A stretch of 64,000 nucleotides of DNA from Eledone cirrhosa (Eukaryota). Each line of letters begins with the position of its first letter. Positions within the stretch are counted from its first letter, which is position 1. The notes beneath the pieces were generated by a model, which was not told where the DNA came from, did not search any database, and saw only the letters and a program-made list of their open reading frames with translations. A program made the position numbers and the translations under genes. This document shows, one piece after another, positions 36,547 to 50,634 of the stretch. The stretch is from contig OZ024740.1 of the NCBI GenBank assembly GCA_964016885.1, forward strand, positions 303,304,001-303,368,000. Direction: 5' to 3'.

Positions 36547-37442
36547 CATTAAACAAAATAAGTACATCCTTGGGACATTAAGAGAAGAGAGGCACCATTT
36601 TATTTAAATCAATTGTATTTGTCACTTCCCTCCCCAAATTGTTATGCAGACTTTATATATGGGGTGGGGAGGAGGCACCAAATTCTTTTTAAGTGCTTAT
36701 GGCCTCAAAAGGACTTAATCCAAATGTGCAAGAGAAAGAACCCAAAATGTTGCAGTTAGCAGTGCTCATTCATGAAATTCATTAACTCTAAGCAGAGTAT
36801 TCCAACAAACTGTCTTGGCATTTACTATTTGTAACTGCTCTCTTAGGCATGACCTCAGCTATTCACACTTGATATGCTGATGATAGGAACATATCAAAAG
36901 TCCTAATGGTGTTAAGACATCAAGGACAAATATTATGGAGAAGTAGTAGACTGATGAAAATAGCATGCAATTTAATACTGGGCATTTTAAACATTTTGCT
37001 ATGTATCCTCTTATTCATACATCCAAGATACAATTCCAGAATCATAATCAGTTTGTGATCTGTGGTCTAAAATGAGTAATGTATTTGAATAGTGTAGTTA
37101 ATATGAAGTATTGTGAGATATGTAGTAAAAGACTGATAAATGTTTTTTTTTAAGCCGGTACAATGCAGTAGAAAAATACAAAGGGCAAATGATCACAAAT
37201 AAAACAAAACAAAGTAATGTTTTAGCCAGTGTATTTTAATATAGTATTTCATGGGCTATTACCCTCCTCTCAGATGTGAAGCTGAAACAGTCCAAGACAA
37301 AACAAACGATCAGAGTTTTCTTCCCCAAGTTAGAGAGGAAAACTCTGATCAAGCAAAAGTCAAAAGCCATGACTATTCCTTGTTTTTTTCACATATAATG
37401 TATCTAGCATTACATTATCAAATCGGTTCTGTTTATTCCTTA

Positions 37443-37680
37443 GTCCTTTCATGACTGCATTTCCAATGAAATACACTCCATTTCAATTAATTAATTAAGA
37501 ATTTTAAGGGATTTACTTAAATAATTAATTATTTCATTATTAAGATAGTAACTTAATGTAAGGTTCTTATATAAAATTATGCTGGAAGATTTAAATTTAA
37601 ATTAGAAAGCTTTAAAATGGGTGGCTTTATTTCATAGAACTACAGCCAGTTTTGACCGTATTGGATAATAAAAGGGTTAA
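37443..37680. mobile_element. piggyBac-like MITE
   Basis: CCTTTCATGACTGCATTT...AAAGGGTTAA; homologous to 53176-53398. Confidence 0.65.
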
Positions 37681-37796
37681 GTAGTGTGTTAATGCTTGAT
37701 CAGTTGTTATCATTTGCTCTTCAGATTTTTCTATGGCATTTGCTCTTCAGATTTTTATCGGCGAATTTATTATTTTATGCTTATATTATTACTAAG

Positions 37797-37978
37797 GGCG
37801 GTGAATGGCAGTATCGGTAGAGGGTCGGACATACTTTCCAGCATAGTTACGTCCCTTTACGATCTGAGTTCAAATCCCGCCGAGGTTGACTTTGCCTTTC
37901 ATCGGGTCGATAAAATAAAGTACCAGTAATGCACTGGGTAATTGCTGGCCTTGTGCCAATAGTAGAAACAATTATTAC
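37797..37978 (+). mobile_element. SINE family A
   Basis: Homology to 1067-1256. Confidence 0.88.
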
Positions 37979-38331
37979 TAAGATGGCAATAACATACAGA
38001 AGACTTGTAAAATGGATTTTGAAAATATTTGATCATGCTGGTCGTGTAGAAGACATTTTTCCACATTTGCCTGGGTTATTGCTCCTACATTGAGCTGTGT
38101 TGTGCATGTTTACTATGTCCTGGGTGTCAGCCAATAACAGTACTGTAAAGTAGGGGTGGAGGTAATTACCACCTAACAAACATACAGCAACATGCAGTAA
38201 ACAACATCACCACATAGCTACAGATGTATTAAATATAGAAAACCATGCTTTCTTTTCTTTTCATGCCATATCATGTCTGATGATTGGCAAATATGTGATG
38301 AAGTTATGACGTGTGTATGTATGTACTTTCA

Positions 38332-38570
38332 TCATTATCACTTTTACATTCATTTTTCCACACTTGGCACCAGTTGGATGGGTCCTTTTCAGCACAGCAT
38401 CTCTCCACACATTGTGATCCCTTGTCACCTCTTCTGTGAGTTTCAGCAATTTCATATCAGCTCTCACCACTTCTGCCAAGGTCTTCCTTGGCCTTCTACT
38501 GGGATTTCTTGACACTTATTCACCCAGGGATCACCGTTCATGCGCATCACTTGTCCATACCATCAACATA
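38332..38570 (-). mobile_element. RTE LINE 3' fragment
   Basis: WYGQVMRM...RRPRKTLAEVVRADMK. Confidence 0.8.
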
Positions 38571-38859
38571 TTTTTTTCATACACAGAGCCTTGTTAGCAA
38601 GGCATTATAACAAATGATTTTAATGACAACACTGCAACCATATATCAGTACAGTTTCATGTAGGGACATGTTCCTATTGTGGGGCAACAGAGACACACAG
38701 GTGAATCAAGTGTCTCATTAGAGCCAGTCTTTCCTCAAATTATGGATCCATGGCAGTCATTAGAGTGTCCAATTAAAAATATTTCAGTATTTGTTCCAGC
38801 TCACTTCACTTAATCTAGAAATAACTGCCAAATTTGCCTCAAGTTACACTCTACTAAAT

Positions 38860-39092
38860 AATTTTGTTACCAACCCAGCCAAAACTGGCTCTGGTTCTAT
38901 GAAATAAAACCACCCATTTTAAAGGTTTCCAATTAATTTAAAATTTCCAGCAAAATTTTATATAAGAACCTTACATTAAGTTACTATCTTAGTAATGAAA
39001 TAATTAATAATTTAAGTAAATCCCTCAAAATTCATCATTAATTAATTGAAATAGTGTGTATTTCATTAGAAATGAAGTCATGAAAGGGTTTA
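38860..39092. mobile_element. piggyBac-like MITE, inverted relative to 37443-37680
   Basis: Reverse-complement homology; ends ...CATGAAAGGGTTTAA. Confidence 0.65.
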
Positions 39093-40194
39093 AGAATATG
39101 CAGAACCCATTTGATAATGTAATGCTAGATACATTATATCTGAATAAGTAGTCATAGCTGGAAGGCTTTTGATCATAGGTTTGCATCATCCGAGTTGACC
39201 TGGATCTAAACTACAGCAACAAACCTTTGTTAGCAACACATGTGTACAGCCACCGGAAATAACATCTGTGAAATAAACAGCTCCATCTATCTGCTTAGCT
39301 AGCTACCTCACCGTGAAACAACCAACCCTTAAAGCCACCAAAATAAAACACCTACGCAGCGGCTAAACATCAAATGATTATTTTTGTATAAATAGAGTGA
39401 TTCCAAACACTTTCGCCAGTCGGCCTTTGGCAGAGTCAGCTCACGTATCGTTGTTCCTCTCCTCTGCCACATTTGTCACTCACACACGCCTTGTACCTCT
39501 GTATCGTCGCTTCATTTATGAAAATATATAGCTGACCGAAACTACATCTCTCGCCTTGCTCGTCCTTTCAACTTGTGCTTTCGTCTGTTCATCCTTATCG
39601 TATGAGACAACAGTCCTTTTAAGGGCTACCCTCAGATCCGATCAGACTGTATGCAATAACAGTCCTTTTAAGGGCTATTCTCAGATCTGATCAGAAGTAG
39701 CGACCATGTTAGACTGCACAATATCATTTTCAACCAGGCAGAGCTATAATATATCTAGTGCACTGAATCTGATAGGTCAGCAATTTCCAGCCTTTTAGCA
39801 CCATGACCCATTTTGGTAAATCAGTAAACTTCCAAAGCCTTTTTTTAAATATTCAAATAAAAAACAATTTGCAAAAAAATAGAATTAAATCAACATTTAA
39901 TAATTTTCACAGAGAAGTATTCCTCCTCCTTCTTCTCCCTCCTCCTTCTTTTCCTTGTCCTTATTCCACTTATTCCTGAGAGGTCGTGGGGGCTGAGTCC
40001 TCAAACATTCATTTCAGAGGGTCTCGTCAGAAGCTACTGGATCCCCAAGCGAGACCAGTTAAACTCATGGATGTTATCCAACCACCTTGCTCAGGGTCTA
40101 CCCCTGGGTCTCCTTCAGGTTGGTTTTGCCCTGAGTCTCCTGCCAGTTTTTGTTTTTAGAAAACGTTATGTCTATAGCTTTCATTTCATTTCAT

Positions 40195-40505
40195 TTCATT
40201 TTACGTCCGCTTTTTCCCTGCTTGCAAGGGTGGGACGGGAACTGATTCTGGCTTGATTTCTACAGCTGGATGCTCTTCCTAACACGTGCTGAGTGCATTT
40301 TTGCCGTGGCACCTCCACAACCACTTTGCAGTGGAATGATAGGGACCCCAGTCCCTATCTTCTCATTTCTACAGCTGAGTAAACTGGAGCAATGTGAAAT
40401 AAAGTGTCTTGCTCAAGGAAACAACACATCACCCGGTCTGAGAATTGAACTCACAACCTTTCGATTGCAAGGCCAATGCTCTAACCACTAAGCCATGTGC
40501 CTCCA
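40195..40505 (-). mobile_element. SINE family B, full length
   Basis: The minus strand starts GGAGGCACATGGCTTAGTGGTTAGAGCATTGGCCTTGCAATC...GAGTTCAATTCTC (tRNA head) and ends in an RTE-like tail. Confidence 0.85.
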
Positions 40506-41067
40506 GCTTATATAACATATTCATGAACATTTTATATTTTATTAGATATCTAAAAAGTAAAAGGCTTTGTCATTGGAATCATACTGAGGCCCATATTTGG
40601 GAGCCTCTGTGATGAGTAATCAACTGAATACCAATAGACCATAGGACTGATCCATCAAGGCTGACCACAATTATTTAGCATTAACTAACACAAGTGAAAC
40701 ATCAAATAATATATATATATATATATGTTATTCTTTGGTGGTTTCATATTACCAGTAGAAACACATGCCCCAGTAAAGTTTCACTTCAGTACTATTATTA
40801 GCTAGGGAACGAATCAATTCCTCAATTAGTTTAGTAACCAGATCGATGTCATATTTTTATGTGACAACGACTAATAATAAAACTGAAGTGTAACTCAACT
40901 GGTGAATGTGTTTTTATTGACAGCATGACTCTTCGAACCTATATCAATATCTGTTTCAAAAAACAAATACCAAAATGAAGTGTGTGTGTGTGTGTGTGTG
41001 TAGTTCAAACGGGGGTAACCACAGGAATTAAGGTACTCAATATAAGTAAAAAGTAAACATCTAATTT

Positions 41068-41183
41068 AAAATTTAATATAGAAATGGCTTCTACAGGACT
41101 AGAACTGTTTCATTTGAAAGAAATCACCAGGAAAGCTAACAAAACAGTTCTAGTCCTGTAGAAGCCATTTTTATACTAAATTT
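41068..41183. repeat. Inverted repeat (~42-bp arms) overlapping a degenerate hammerhead-like motif
   Basis: AAATGGCTTCTACAGGACTAGAACTGTTT / AAACAGTTCTAGTCCTGTAGAAGCCATTT; the minus strand has CTGGTGA...GAAAC...GTC. Confidence 0.8.
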
Positions 41184-42608
41184 GATGGTGTGTGTGCATT
41201 TATGTGTATATATATATATATATATATATAAATTGTTGTGTAGGTGTCACAGCAAAAAGCATCCAACCATAGAAACCAAGCTAGAACCAGTTCTGTATGA
41301 GCAAAACATGGTCACCTGATCTAACTTGTCTCACAATGGGTCAACTTGTGTAACCCATGCTAGTATGGAAAGATGGACATTAATCGATGATGATGATGAT
41401 ACACTATACACCCACACACAAGAGATAATATGACTGGAAAGTTTAGGTGCTAGACTATTGACTATATGAGGTCACACTTTACTATTACAGCTACAGTTAT
41501 TGTGATATGCTCCTGAGTAATATGAATACATATTTCTATTAAACCTTTTCTGAACAAACTGTCTAAAACCAGATTTAGTTCTAATATGCAAAGCAATATA
41601 TTTTAAAACGTTTATTTTTATCTAAAGAAAACCTCTCATCATAATTTTATACAATAGCCTTTGTTGAAATGTTTAACAAAAATGTTCCGAATACCAGATT
41701 AATAATTAAAAAGTTAATTATATTACTAAATCTTTCCAAATTCTGGATTATTTTCGAAATTATTTGAAAATCGTAGTTAGTGACTTTCATTAGAAACTTG
41801 GTAACAAAAGGGTTAAAGGAATGTTTTACATCACCCCAGTGTGTTCATTATTTTAATATTAAAAACATTTCTAGGGGTTAGAGATAACAATGTGCTGTTC
41901 AATTGTTGTCATTATTGATTAGTCACAGATATGCTCTGATCAAGCAGATCCATATTCAGAAGTATTCTAGCTGTAACAATCCCATATTTATTACAAATAT
42001 ACTACACCAGGAATTAGATTATCCAAAAAGCATCTAGATCACACTGTAAAGTGGTCATGTAGGTGACACATTAAAAAGCACCCTGTACACACTATAAAGT
42101 GGTCATCTAGGTGCCACAATAAAAAAGCACCCAATACACACTGTAAATGTGGTTGGCATTAGGAAGGGCATCCAGCCATAGAAACCAAGCCAGAACCAGT
42201 TCTGTCTGAGCAAGACATGGTCACCTGATCTGACTTATCTCACAATGAGATAACTCATCTAACCCATGCTAGCGTGGAAAAATGGACATTAAACAGTGAT
42301 GATGATGAAACCTGCCGTATCCAGCCAGAATGCTCTCATTTCTTTAAACTGGCTGTAACTGTCCAATCATACTGATGTTAAGGTATTGTTCTCAAAATAA
42401 ATAACATCAAAGTCTTGTAGATTCTATATTATGTGAGAAAATTATCTAAGATAAAGACTTTACCACAAAAATACAATAGTTTATATAATAGATAGATTAG
42501 TAAATGCTAAAGGATTGTGGGATATTACAATATCTGGGTATAAATGGTCCATTTGCTTATGTTTCAATCTTCATGTTCCGTGATACTTTTACATGGTTAT
42601 TTTTAAGG

Positions 42609-45600
42609 ACATGTTCTGGTGTGTGGTCATACCACTTCTTCACATGTTTTGGTGTGTGGTCATACCACTTCTTCACATGTTTTGGTGTGTGGTCATACCA
42701 CATCTTCACATGTTCTGGTGTGTGGTCATACCACTTCTTCACATGTTCTGGTGTGTGGTCATACCACATATTCACATGTTCTGGTGTGTGGTCATACCAC
42801 ATCTTCACATGTGCTGGTGTGTGGTCATACCACATCTTCACATGTTCTGGTGTGTGGTCATACCACATCTTCACATGTTCTGGTGTGTGGTCATACCACA
42901 TTTTCACATGTTTTGGTGTGTAGTCATACCATATCTTCACATGTTCTGGTGTATGGTCATACTACTTCTTCACATGTTTTGGTGTGTAGTCATACCACAT
43001 CTTCACATGTTCTGGTGTGTGGTCATACCACTTCTTCACATGTTTTGGTGTGTGGTCATACTACTTCTTCACATGTTTTGGTGTGTAGTCATACCACATC
43101 TTCACATGTTCTGGTGTGTGGTCATACCACATTTTCACATGTTTTGGTGTGTAGTCATACCATATCTTCACATGTTCTGGTGTATGGTCATACTACTTCT
43201 TCACATGTTTTGGTGTGTAGTCATACCACATCTTCACATGTTCTGGTGTGTGGTCATACCACTTCTTCACATGTTCTGGTGTATGGTCATACCACTTCTT
43301 CACATGTTTTGGTGTGTGGTCATACCACTTCTTCACATGTTCTGGTGTGTGGTCATACCACATCTTCACATGTTCTGGTGTGTGGTCATACCACATCTTC
43401 ACATGTTCTGGTGTGTGGTCATACCACATTTTCACATGTTTTGGTGTGTAGTCATACCACATCTTCACATGTTCTGGTGTGTGGTCATACCACTTCTTCA
43501 CATGTTCTGGTGTATGGTCATACCACTTCTTCACATGTTTTGGTGTGTGGTCATACCACTTCTTCACATGTTCTGGTGTGTGGTCATACCACATCTTCAC
43601 ATGTTCTGGTGTGTGGTCATACCACATTTTCACATGTTTTGGTGTGTAGTCATACCACATCTTCACATGTTCTGGTGTATGGTCATACTACTTCTTCACA
43701 TGTTTTGGTGTGTAGTCATACCACATCTTCACATGTTCTGGTGTGTGGTCATACCACTTCTTCACATGCTTTATGTGTGGTCATACCACTTCTTCACATG
43801 TTCTGGTGTGTGGTCATACCACTTCTTCACATGTTTTGGTGTGTGGTCATACATCTTCACATGTTCTGGTGTGTGGTCATACCACATTTTCACATGTTTT
43901 GGTGTGTAGTCATACCACATCTTCACATGTTCTGGTGTATGGTCATACTACTTCTTCACATGTTTTGGTGTGTAGACATACCACTTCTTCCCATGTTTTG
44001 GTGTGTGGTCATACCACTTCTTCACATGTTCTGGTGTATGGTCATACTATTTCTTCACATGTTTTGGTGTGTAGTCATACCACATCTTCACATGTTCTGG
44101 TGTGTGGTCATACCACTTCTTCATATGTTTTGGTGTGTGGTCATACCACTTCTTCACATGTTCTGGTGTGTGGTCATACCACTTCTTCACATGTTTTGGT
44201 GTGTGGTCATACCACATCTTCACATGTTCTGGTGTGTGGTCATACCACATTTTCACATGTTTTGGTGTGTAGTCATACCACATCTTCACATGTTCTGGTG
44301 TATGGTCATACTACTTCTTCACATGTTTTGGTGTGTAGACATACCACATCTTCACATGTTCTGGTGTGTGGTCATACCACATCTTCACATGTTCTGGTGT
44401 GTGGTCATACCACTTCTTCACATGTTTTGGTGTGTGGTCATACCACATCTTCACATGTTTTGGTGTGTGGTCACCACTTCTTCACATGTTCTGGTGTGTA
44501 GTCATACCACATCTTCACATGTTCTGGTGTGTGGTCATACCACTTCTTCACATGTTCTGGTGTGTGGTCATACCACTTCTTCACATGTTTTGGTGTGTGG
44601 TCATACCACTTCTTCACATGTTTTGGTGTGTGGTCATACCACATATTCACATATTCTGGTGTGTGGTCATACCACTTCTTCACATGTTTTGGTATGTGGT
44701 CATACTACTTCTTCACATGTTCTGGTGTGTGGTCATACCATATCTTCACATATTCTGGTGTGTGGTCATACCACATCTTCACATGTTTTGGTATGTGGTC
44801 ATACCACATCTTCACGTGTTTTGGTGTGTGGTCATACCACTTCTTCCCATGTTTTGGTGTGTGGTCATACCACATCTTCACATGTTTTGGTGTGTGGTCA
44901 TACCACTTCTTCCCATGTTTTGGTGTGTGGTCATACCACATCTTCACATGTTTTGGTGTGTGGTCATACTACTTCTTCACATGCTTTATGTGTGGTCATA
45001 CCACATCTTCACATGTTTTGGTGTGTGGTCATACCACTTCTTCACATGTTTTGGTGTGTGGTCATACCACATCTTCACATGTTTTGGTGTGTGGTCATAC
45101 CACTTCTTCACATGTTTTGGTGTGTGGTCATACTACTTCTTCACATGCTTTATGTGTGGTCATACCACTTCTTCACATGTTTTGGTGTGTGGTCATACCA
45201 CTTCTTCACATGTTCTGGTGTGTGGTCATACCACTTCTTCACATGTTCTGGTGTGTGGTCATACCACATTTTCACATGTTTTGGTGTGTGGTCATACTAC
45301 TTCTTCACATGCTTTATGTGTGGTCATACCACTTCTTCACATGTTTTGGTGTGTGGTCATACCACATCTTCACTTGTTTTGGTGTGTAGTCATACTACTT
45401 CTTCACATGTTCTGGTGTGTGGTCATACTACTTCTTCACATCTTTTGGTGTGTAGACATACCACATCTTCACATGTTCTGGTGTGTGGTCATACCACATG
45501 TTCTGGTGTGTGGTTATACTACGTCTTCACATGTTTTGGTGTGTGGTCATACCACATCTTCACATGTTCTGGTGTGTGGTTATACTACGTCTTCACATGT

Positions 45601-46750
45601 TCTGGTGTGTGGTCATACCACTTCTTCACATGTTTTGGTGTGTGGTCATACCACATATTCACATATTTTGGTGTGTGGTCATACCACTTCACATGCTTTG
45701 GTATGTGGTCATACCACTTCTTCACATGTTCTGGTGTGTGGTCATACCACATCTTCACATGTTCTGGTGTGTAGTCATACCACATCTTCACATGTTTTGG
45801 TGTGTGGTCATACCACTTCTTCACATGCTTTGGTATGTGGTCATACCACTTCTTCACATGTTCTGGTGTGTGGTCATACTACATCTTCACATGTTCTGGT
45901 GTGTGGTCATACCACATCTTCACATGTTCTGGTGTGTAGTCATACCACATCTTCACATGTTTTGGTGTGTGGTCATAACACTTCTTCACATGTTTTGGTA
46001 TGTGGTCATACCACATCTTCACATGTTTTGGTGTGTGGTCATACCACTTCTTCCCATGTTTTGGTGTGTGGTCATACCACTTCTTCACATGTTTTGGTGT
46101 CTGGTCATACTACTTCTTCACGTGCTTTGTGTGTAGTCATACCACTTCACATGTTTTGGTGTATGGTCATACCACATCTTCACATGTTTTGGTAGGTGGT
46201 CATACCACATCTTCACATGTTTTGGTGTGTGGTCATACCACTTCTTCACATGTTTTGGTGTGTGGTCATACCACATCTTCACATGTTTTGGTGTGTGGTC
46301 ATACTACTTCTTCACATGTTCTGGTGTGTGGTCATACCACATCTTCACATATTCTGGTGTGTGGTCATACTACTTCTTCACATGTTTTGGTGTGTGGTCA
46401 TACTACTTCTTCACGTGCTTTGTGTGTGGTCATACCACTTCTTCACATGTTTTGGTGTGTGGTCATACCACATCTTCACATGTTTTGGTGTGTGGTCATA
46501 CTACTTCTTCACATGTTCTGGTGTGTGGTCATACCACATCTTCACATGTTCTGGTGTGTGGTCATACCACTTCTTCACATGTTCTGGTGTGTGGTCATAC
46601 TACTTCTTCACATGTTTTGATGTGTGGTCATACCACATCTTCACATGTTCTGGTGTGTGGTTATACTATGTCTTCACATGTTCTGGTGTGTGGTTATACT
46701 ACGTCTTCACATGTTCTGGTGCGTGGTTATACTACGTCTTCACGTGTTCA
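42609..46750. repeat. 33-bp minisatellite array, ~125 units (CACATGTTYTGGTGTGTGGTCATACCACWTCTT)
   Basis: 11-aa periodicity in all frames (CGHTTSSHVLV, MFWCVVIPHLH). Confidence 0.98.
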
Positions 46751-46849
46751 AACTTTAAGCTTTTTACAAATTTTCTAATGTAAGATTGTGAAAACTTAGT
46801 TGTGTCTCCAGTTCTTATAATGATTTTGATCAAGCATGTTACATTCAGA

Positions 46850-47955
46850 GACCACCTGTGCCACTGTCTCTTCTCTTTCAACCATGTCTTCATTATTTAT
46901 ATTATTTCCAATATATCACATTCTTATTGCCTGATCCTGCATGGCTAAGATTAAGCCCCCCATCCTCTCTCTCTCTCTTCAAACCTCCTATCTTTAGCCA
47001 CTTGCATGACTTCTCATTTTGATGACATTCAGTATTTTGGAAGTAAGCTTTTCTGTTCATATTGCTTACTGCTTTTGAGGCCTTCACTTAATATATCCTC
47101 TCCTTGTACTGCTATCAAGAACACCTCTTCACTATCAGCAACATACTTACTTTTCAGTTCACACTTCAGATCCTGGTACTATTTAATTTTCTCCTCCTTT
47201 TCTGGCACTCTTGTGTCAAAGGGGAAAGTTACATCTATAATCAAGCAACATCTTTTTTCCTTGTCAAAAACCACCAGGTCAGGCTTATTGTGTTTTAATT
47301 CTGTTTGCATCCTGACATTCCACAACTCCTTTACCCAATCATTTTCTATCACTGACTCTGGCTTATGCTCATACCACTCAAAATGGGGTAAATTATTCAG
47401 TTTACATAAATACCAGTGGATCACTTTTCCTATCATATCATGTCTCCATCCTTTATAATGAGTCTGGGCTAAATGTTTACATTTCGATACGATGTGAGCC
47501 ACACTTTACTCTCTCTCTCTCTCTCCACAGATCCTACAGAGTAATATAGCCTCCTTCTTGTCAATATAATGTTTCATCCACTTCATTCTAAGGGCTTGCT
47601 CCTGTGCAGACAGTAGCTTTCCCTCTGTAGCTTTCTTAAAGTCCCCTTTCTTTAATCAGTGCCATGTCTGCAGATCTCTGAATTCTGTTTTTTTCAAAAA
47701 GATGCTATGAAGGGCTTTTTCATTCAGGACGTCATGCTATTACTTAATAACATTCTGGTGTTGAAGATTTCTAGGCACTTGATTATGCAAGAATGAGGAA
47801 CCATGTTGAATACCTTGTAATCTATCCATCCCATAGCAAAACGAGTATGCCTCCTCTTGCAGTTCCTTATCATCATCTTGTCAATAAGTAACTGATCTTT
47901 TGTACCATGGGACTTCTTTCGGCATCCTTTCTGTTCCTCCAGCAATAAGTTATGT
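46850..47955 (-). mobile_element. R4/Dong-like LINE fragments (RT motif, CCHC knuckle and RLE endonuclease)
   Basis: [20 protein letters not shown]; CRICG...HIVSKC...RHD...KPDLVVFDK...IIDVTFP. Confidence 0.88.
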
Positions 47956-47956
47956 A

Positions 47957-48350
47957 GATTGGCAGTATCAGTAGAATGGTGGACAATATGCTTTGCGGCA
48001 TAGTTATGGCCCTTTATGCTCTGAGTTCAAATAACGTTGAGGTTAACTTTGTCTCTCATCTTTACGAAGTTGATAAAATAAAGTAGTCAATTTCATTGAC
48101 TTCTCCCACCCCCAAAATTGTTGGCCTTGTGCCTAAATCAGAAACCATTATTATTGATGTCGGTGGATTGGCAGTATCGGTAGAAGGTCGGACGCCATGC
48201 TTTGACACATAGAGTTACGGCCCTTGCCATTCTGTGTTCAAATCCCGCCGAGGTTAACTTTGCCTTTAATCCTTATGGGGTCGATAAAATAAAGTACCAG
48301 TAATGCACTGGGTAATTGCTGGCCTTGTGCCAAAAGTAGAAACAATTATT
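47957..48350 (+). mobile_element. Two tandem SINE family A copies
   Basis: 47957-48150 is diverged and 48160-48350 is younger. Confidence 0.88.
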
Positions 48351-50223
48351 AATGTTGATGTTTATCATTACTATTGTTTGTGTTATTGAGCTGGTTGACA
48401 TCTTTCTCTTAAAATAAAACTCTACTTTTATCTTACAAGATCTAACTAGTGTTAAAGGAATGTTAGGAGTGTGATTTAACTAAGTTTATTTACCAGAATT
48501 TCCTTTTCAAATCCAAAGAACCAGTGTTCAGTAATGTGAATATATTAACATCATACAGTATTGTTTAGTATGAGTGGAGGTAGACTGCCACATTAAACAG
48601 GAATTTCATATTAAAAACCATAAAGTATTTAGTTTTGACATCTAGATATTCAGGTGGGAAAATTCTGCTTTTAATTACTCCAAACAAGTTGTTGATCTGC
48701 AATAAATATTACTTAATACCTGCTATTCTGGAATAAGTTTATGATAAACTATACATTTGACTTACAAATTTGTGGTATTGGGTCACTGTGTTCCTTTAAC
48801 CTTATTTCTCTTTCCAGCTTTACTGCTCATTCTAAAAAGTCAGTCTCGGGTCATGTGGCTCATCAGGCCAGTGCTTATCCTAGTTTCCATGGCGTGAAGC
48901 GACTGAGAGTACAAGACTTCACCATGGACAGGATGCCAGTCCATTGCAGGATTAAACCTCCAGCTATTGCTGGTACTAATTTTCAGCTGAGTATACTGGA
49001 GCAATATGAAATGAAGTGTTTTGCTCAAAAACACAACCCAGTCTAGGAATCAAACCCAACCCACAACATTTTGGCAGAGTTGTAAGGGGGACTGCTCATT
49101 GGGCCATCTTATATTATTTTTTGTATGCAAAGAAAATGGTAGCCATTCATTTAACCTTTCTCCATTCCTAGAAGAAGAAAAAGGATCCTGTATACCCCCC
49201 CCCCCCCCATGTCTATTTTCATGGTGCAACATAGCCAAATTTAAAGAGTGATAAGAACTAACTCCAGTACTTGACTGGTACTTTATTTATACAAACAAGA
49301 AAGGATGAAAGCAAAGTTAACCTTAGCAGAATTTAAACCCAGAACACAGTGTGCTCAGATGAATATGACAAAGCAATGTATCTGACACCCAATTCCAATT
49401 TTCCACCTTGTCTCAATCGAACAAATTATTATCAAGAACAGGTTGTAGAGATTCACCTCTATGTTCTTGTGGTGACTCTCCAGAATCTCTTTAGCACTAC
49501 TTGTTCCAATGTAGAAACTATCAGTCTGAGAGAGAGGCTATATTGAAACAAATCTTTTAAAAAACTACCAAGATTAGACGTTCAATATATGATTAAAGGT
49601 CTACCAAATATAAACAAAATATTTGAGTACATGTAAACTATGAAAAGATTCAACAGGAACTTCTAGATGTTTTACAGCTTCCCTTGTTTCCTAGTTTCTT
49701 TTTCATTTTTCGTTTTCTTATGCATAATCTGCCTCTCTGCTTCAATATTTGAATTTTTTTTTTTTTTTCACTTTAAAAATTTTGTTCTTATTACTTGTCT
49801 CACTAGCTCTTTTTGATTATCAATTGTAAGGAGTACTCAATACTTCCCCTCTGTCGTGGCTTACTAGCTCTATACGGACGTTTAAATTGATTAAATTGAT
49901 AAACTAATAAATAGGACTGTCACATCACTAAAAAACTGGGTCTCTACATTTTCTTGTGCTATATTTCTGACAATAATGTCTGGCATTATCTCCAAACATA
50001 GAGCAGAAGAAGTAGAAAACCAAGAAATTATTTTGTAGTATTTTGTTACGTTCCTGTACATTCTGACCCTTCTGGAGTCAACTTTCCCTTTCCTGTTATA
50101 ATCAACTATTTAAAAATAAATTTTTTTTCATCAGATTGATTGGAGGAAAGAGCCACTGTGTTGATGGCCTTCACAGACTCAGCACACCCCTCTCGGCATA
50201 ACAACAACCAGTCTGTACCAATT

Positions 50224-50634
50224 ATTCTCGAGTCTCAATTAATGCCCCCCCCCCCCCCCCCCCTTCCTCAGCTGAATGATTAATTTTTCAGATTTTTCCC
50301 CAACCTCCCCCGCTCTTCTTCCACCTCCACCAACCCCTGTTTATTAAATTATGCTAATCTATCTCCACTGAAATTTTATTTTAAGTGGTAGCATTCCTGC
50401 GGTAATTAATTTTTTTTATACAATAAAAAATATACATGACATAAAAAGTACATTACTCGAAATCCCATAGGTTATAAAATAAATAGGATGGGTTGGGTCT
50501 GAATATGTAAACTAAACAACTAATTCTGGTTAAAAAAAAAAAAAATCAAGTGACAAGCTTGAAAAATGACCGACCCTCCCCCCTTCGCTTATTCTCCCCC
50601 CCCCCCATACCCCTATTATTCAGGACCAAAAAGT
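50224..50634. mobile_element. MITE (same family as 18688-19060), opposite orientation
   Basis: ATTCTCGAGTCTCAATTAAT...ATTATTCAGGACCAAAAAGTA. Confidence 0.6.

Noticed and set aside
40420-40505. tRNA-like sequence (GCA anticodon-like) on the minus strand
   Set aside because: It is the head of a multi-copy SINE and lacks a proper acceptor stem, so it is not a tRNA gene.
42504-46783. Very long ORFs (up to 1051 aa) and a CRISPR-like periodicity
   Set aside because: These are translations of a 33-bp tandem repeat that is open in several frames. There are no unique spacers and no cas genes, and the context is eukaryotic.
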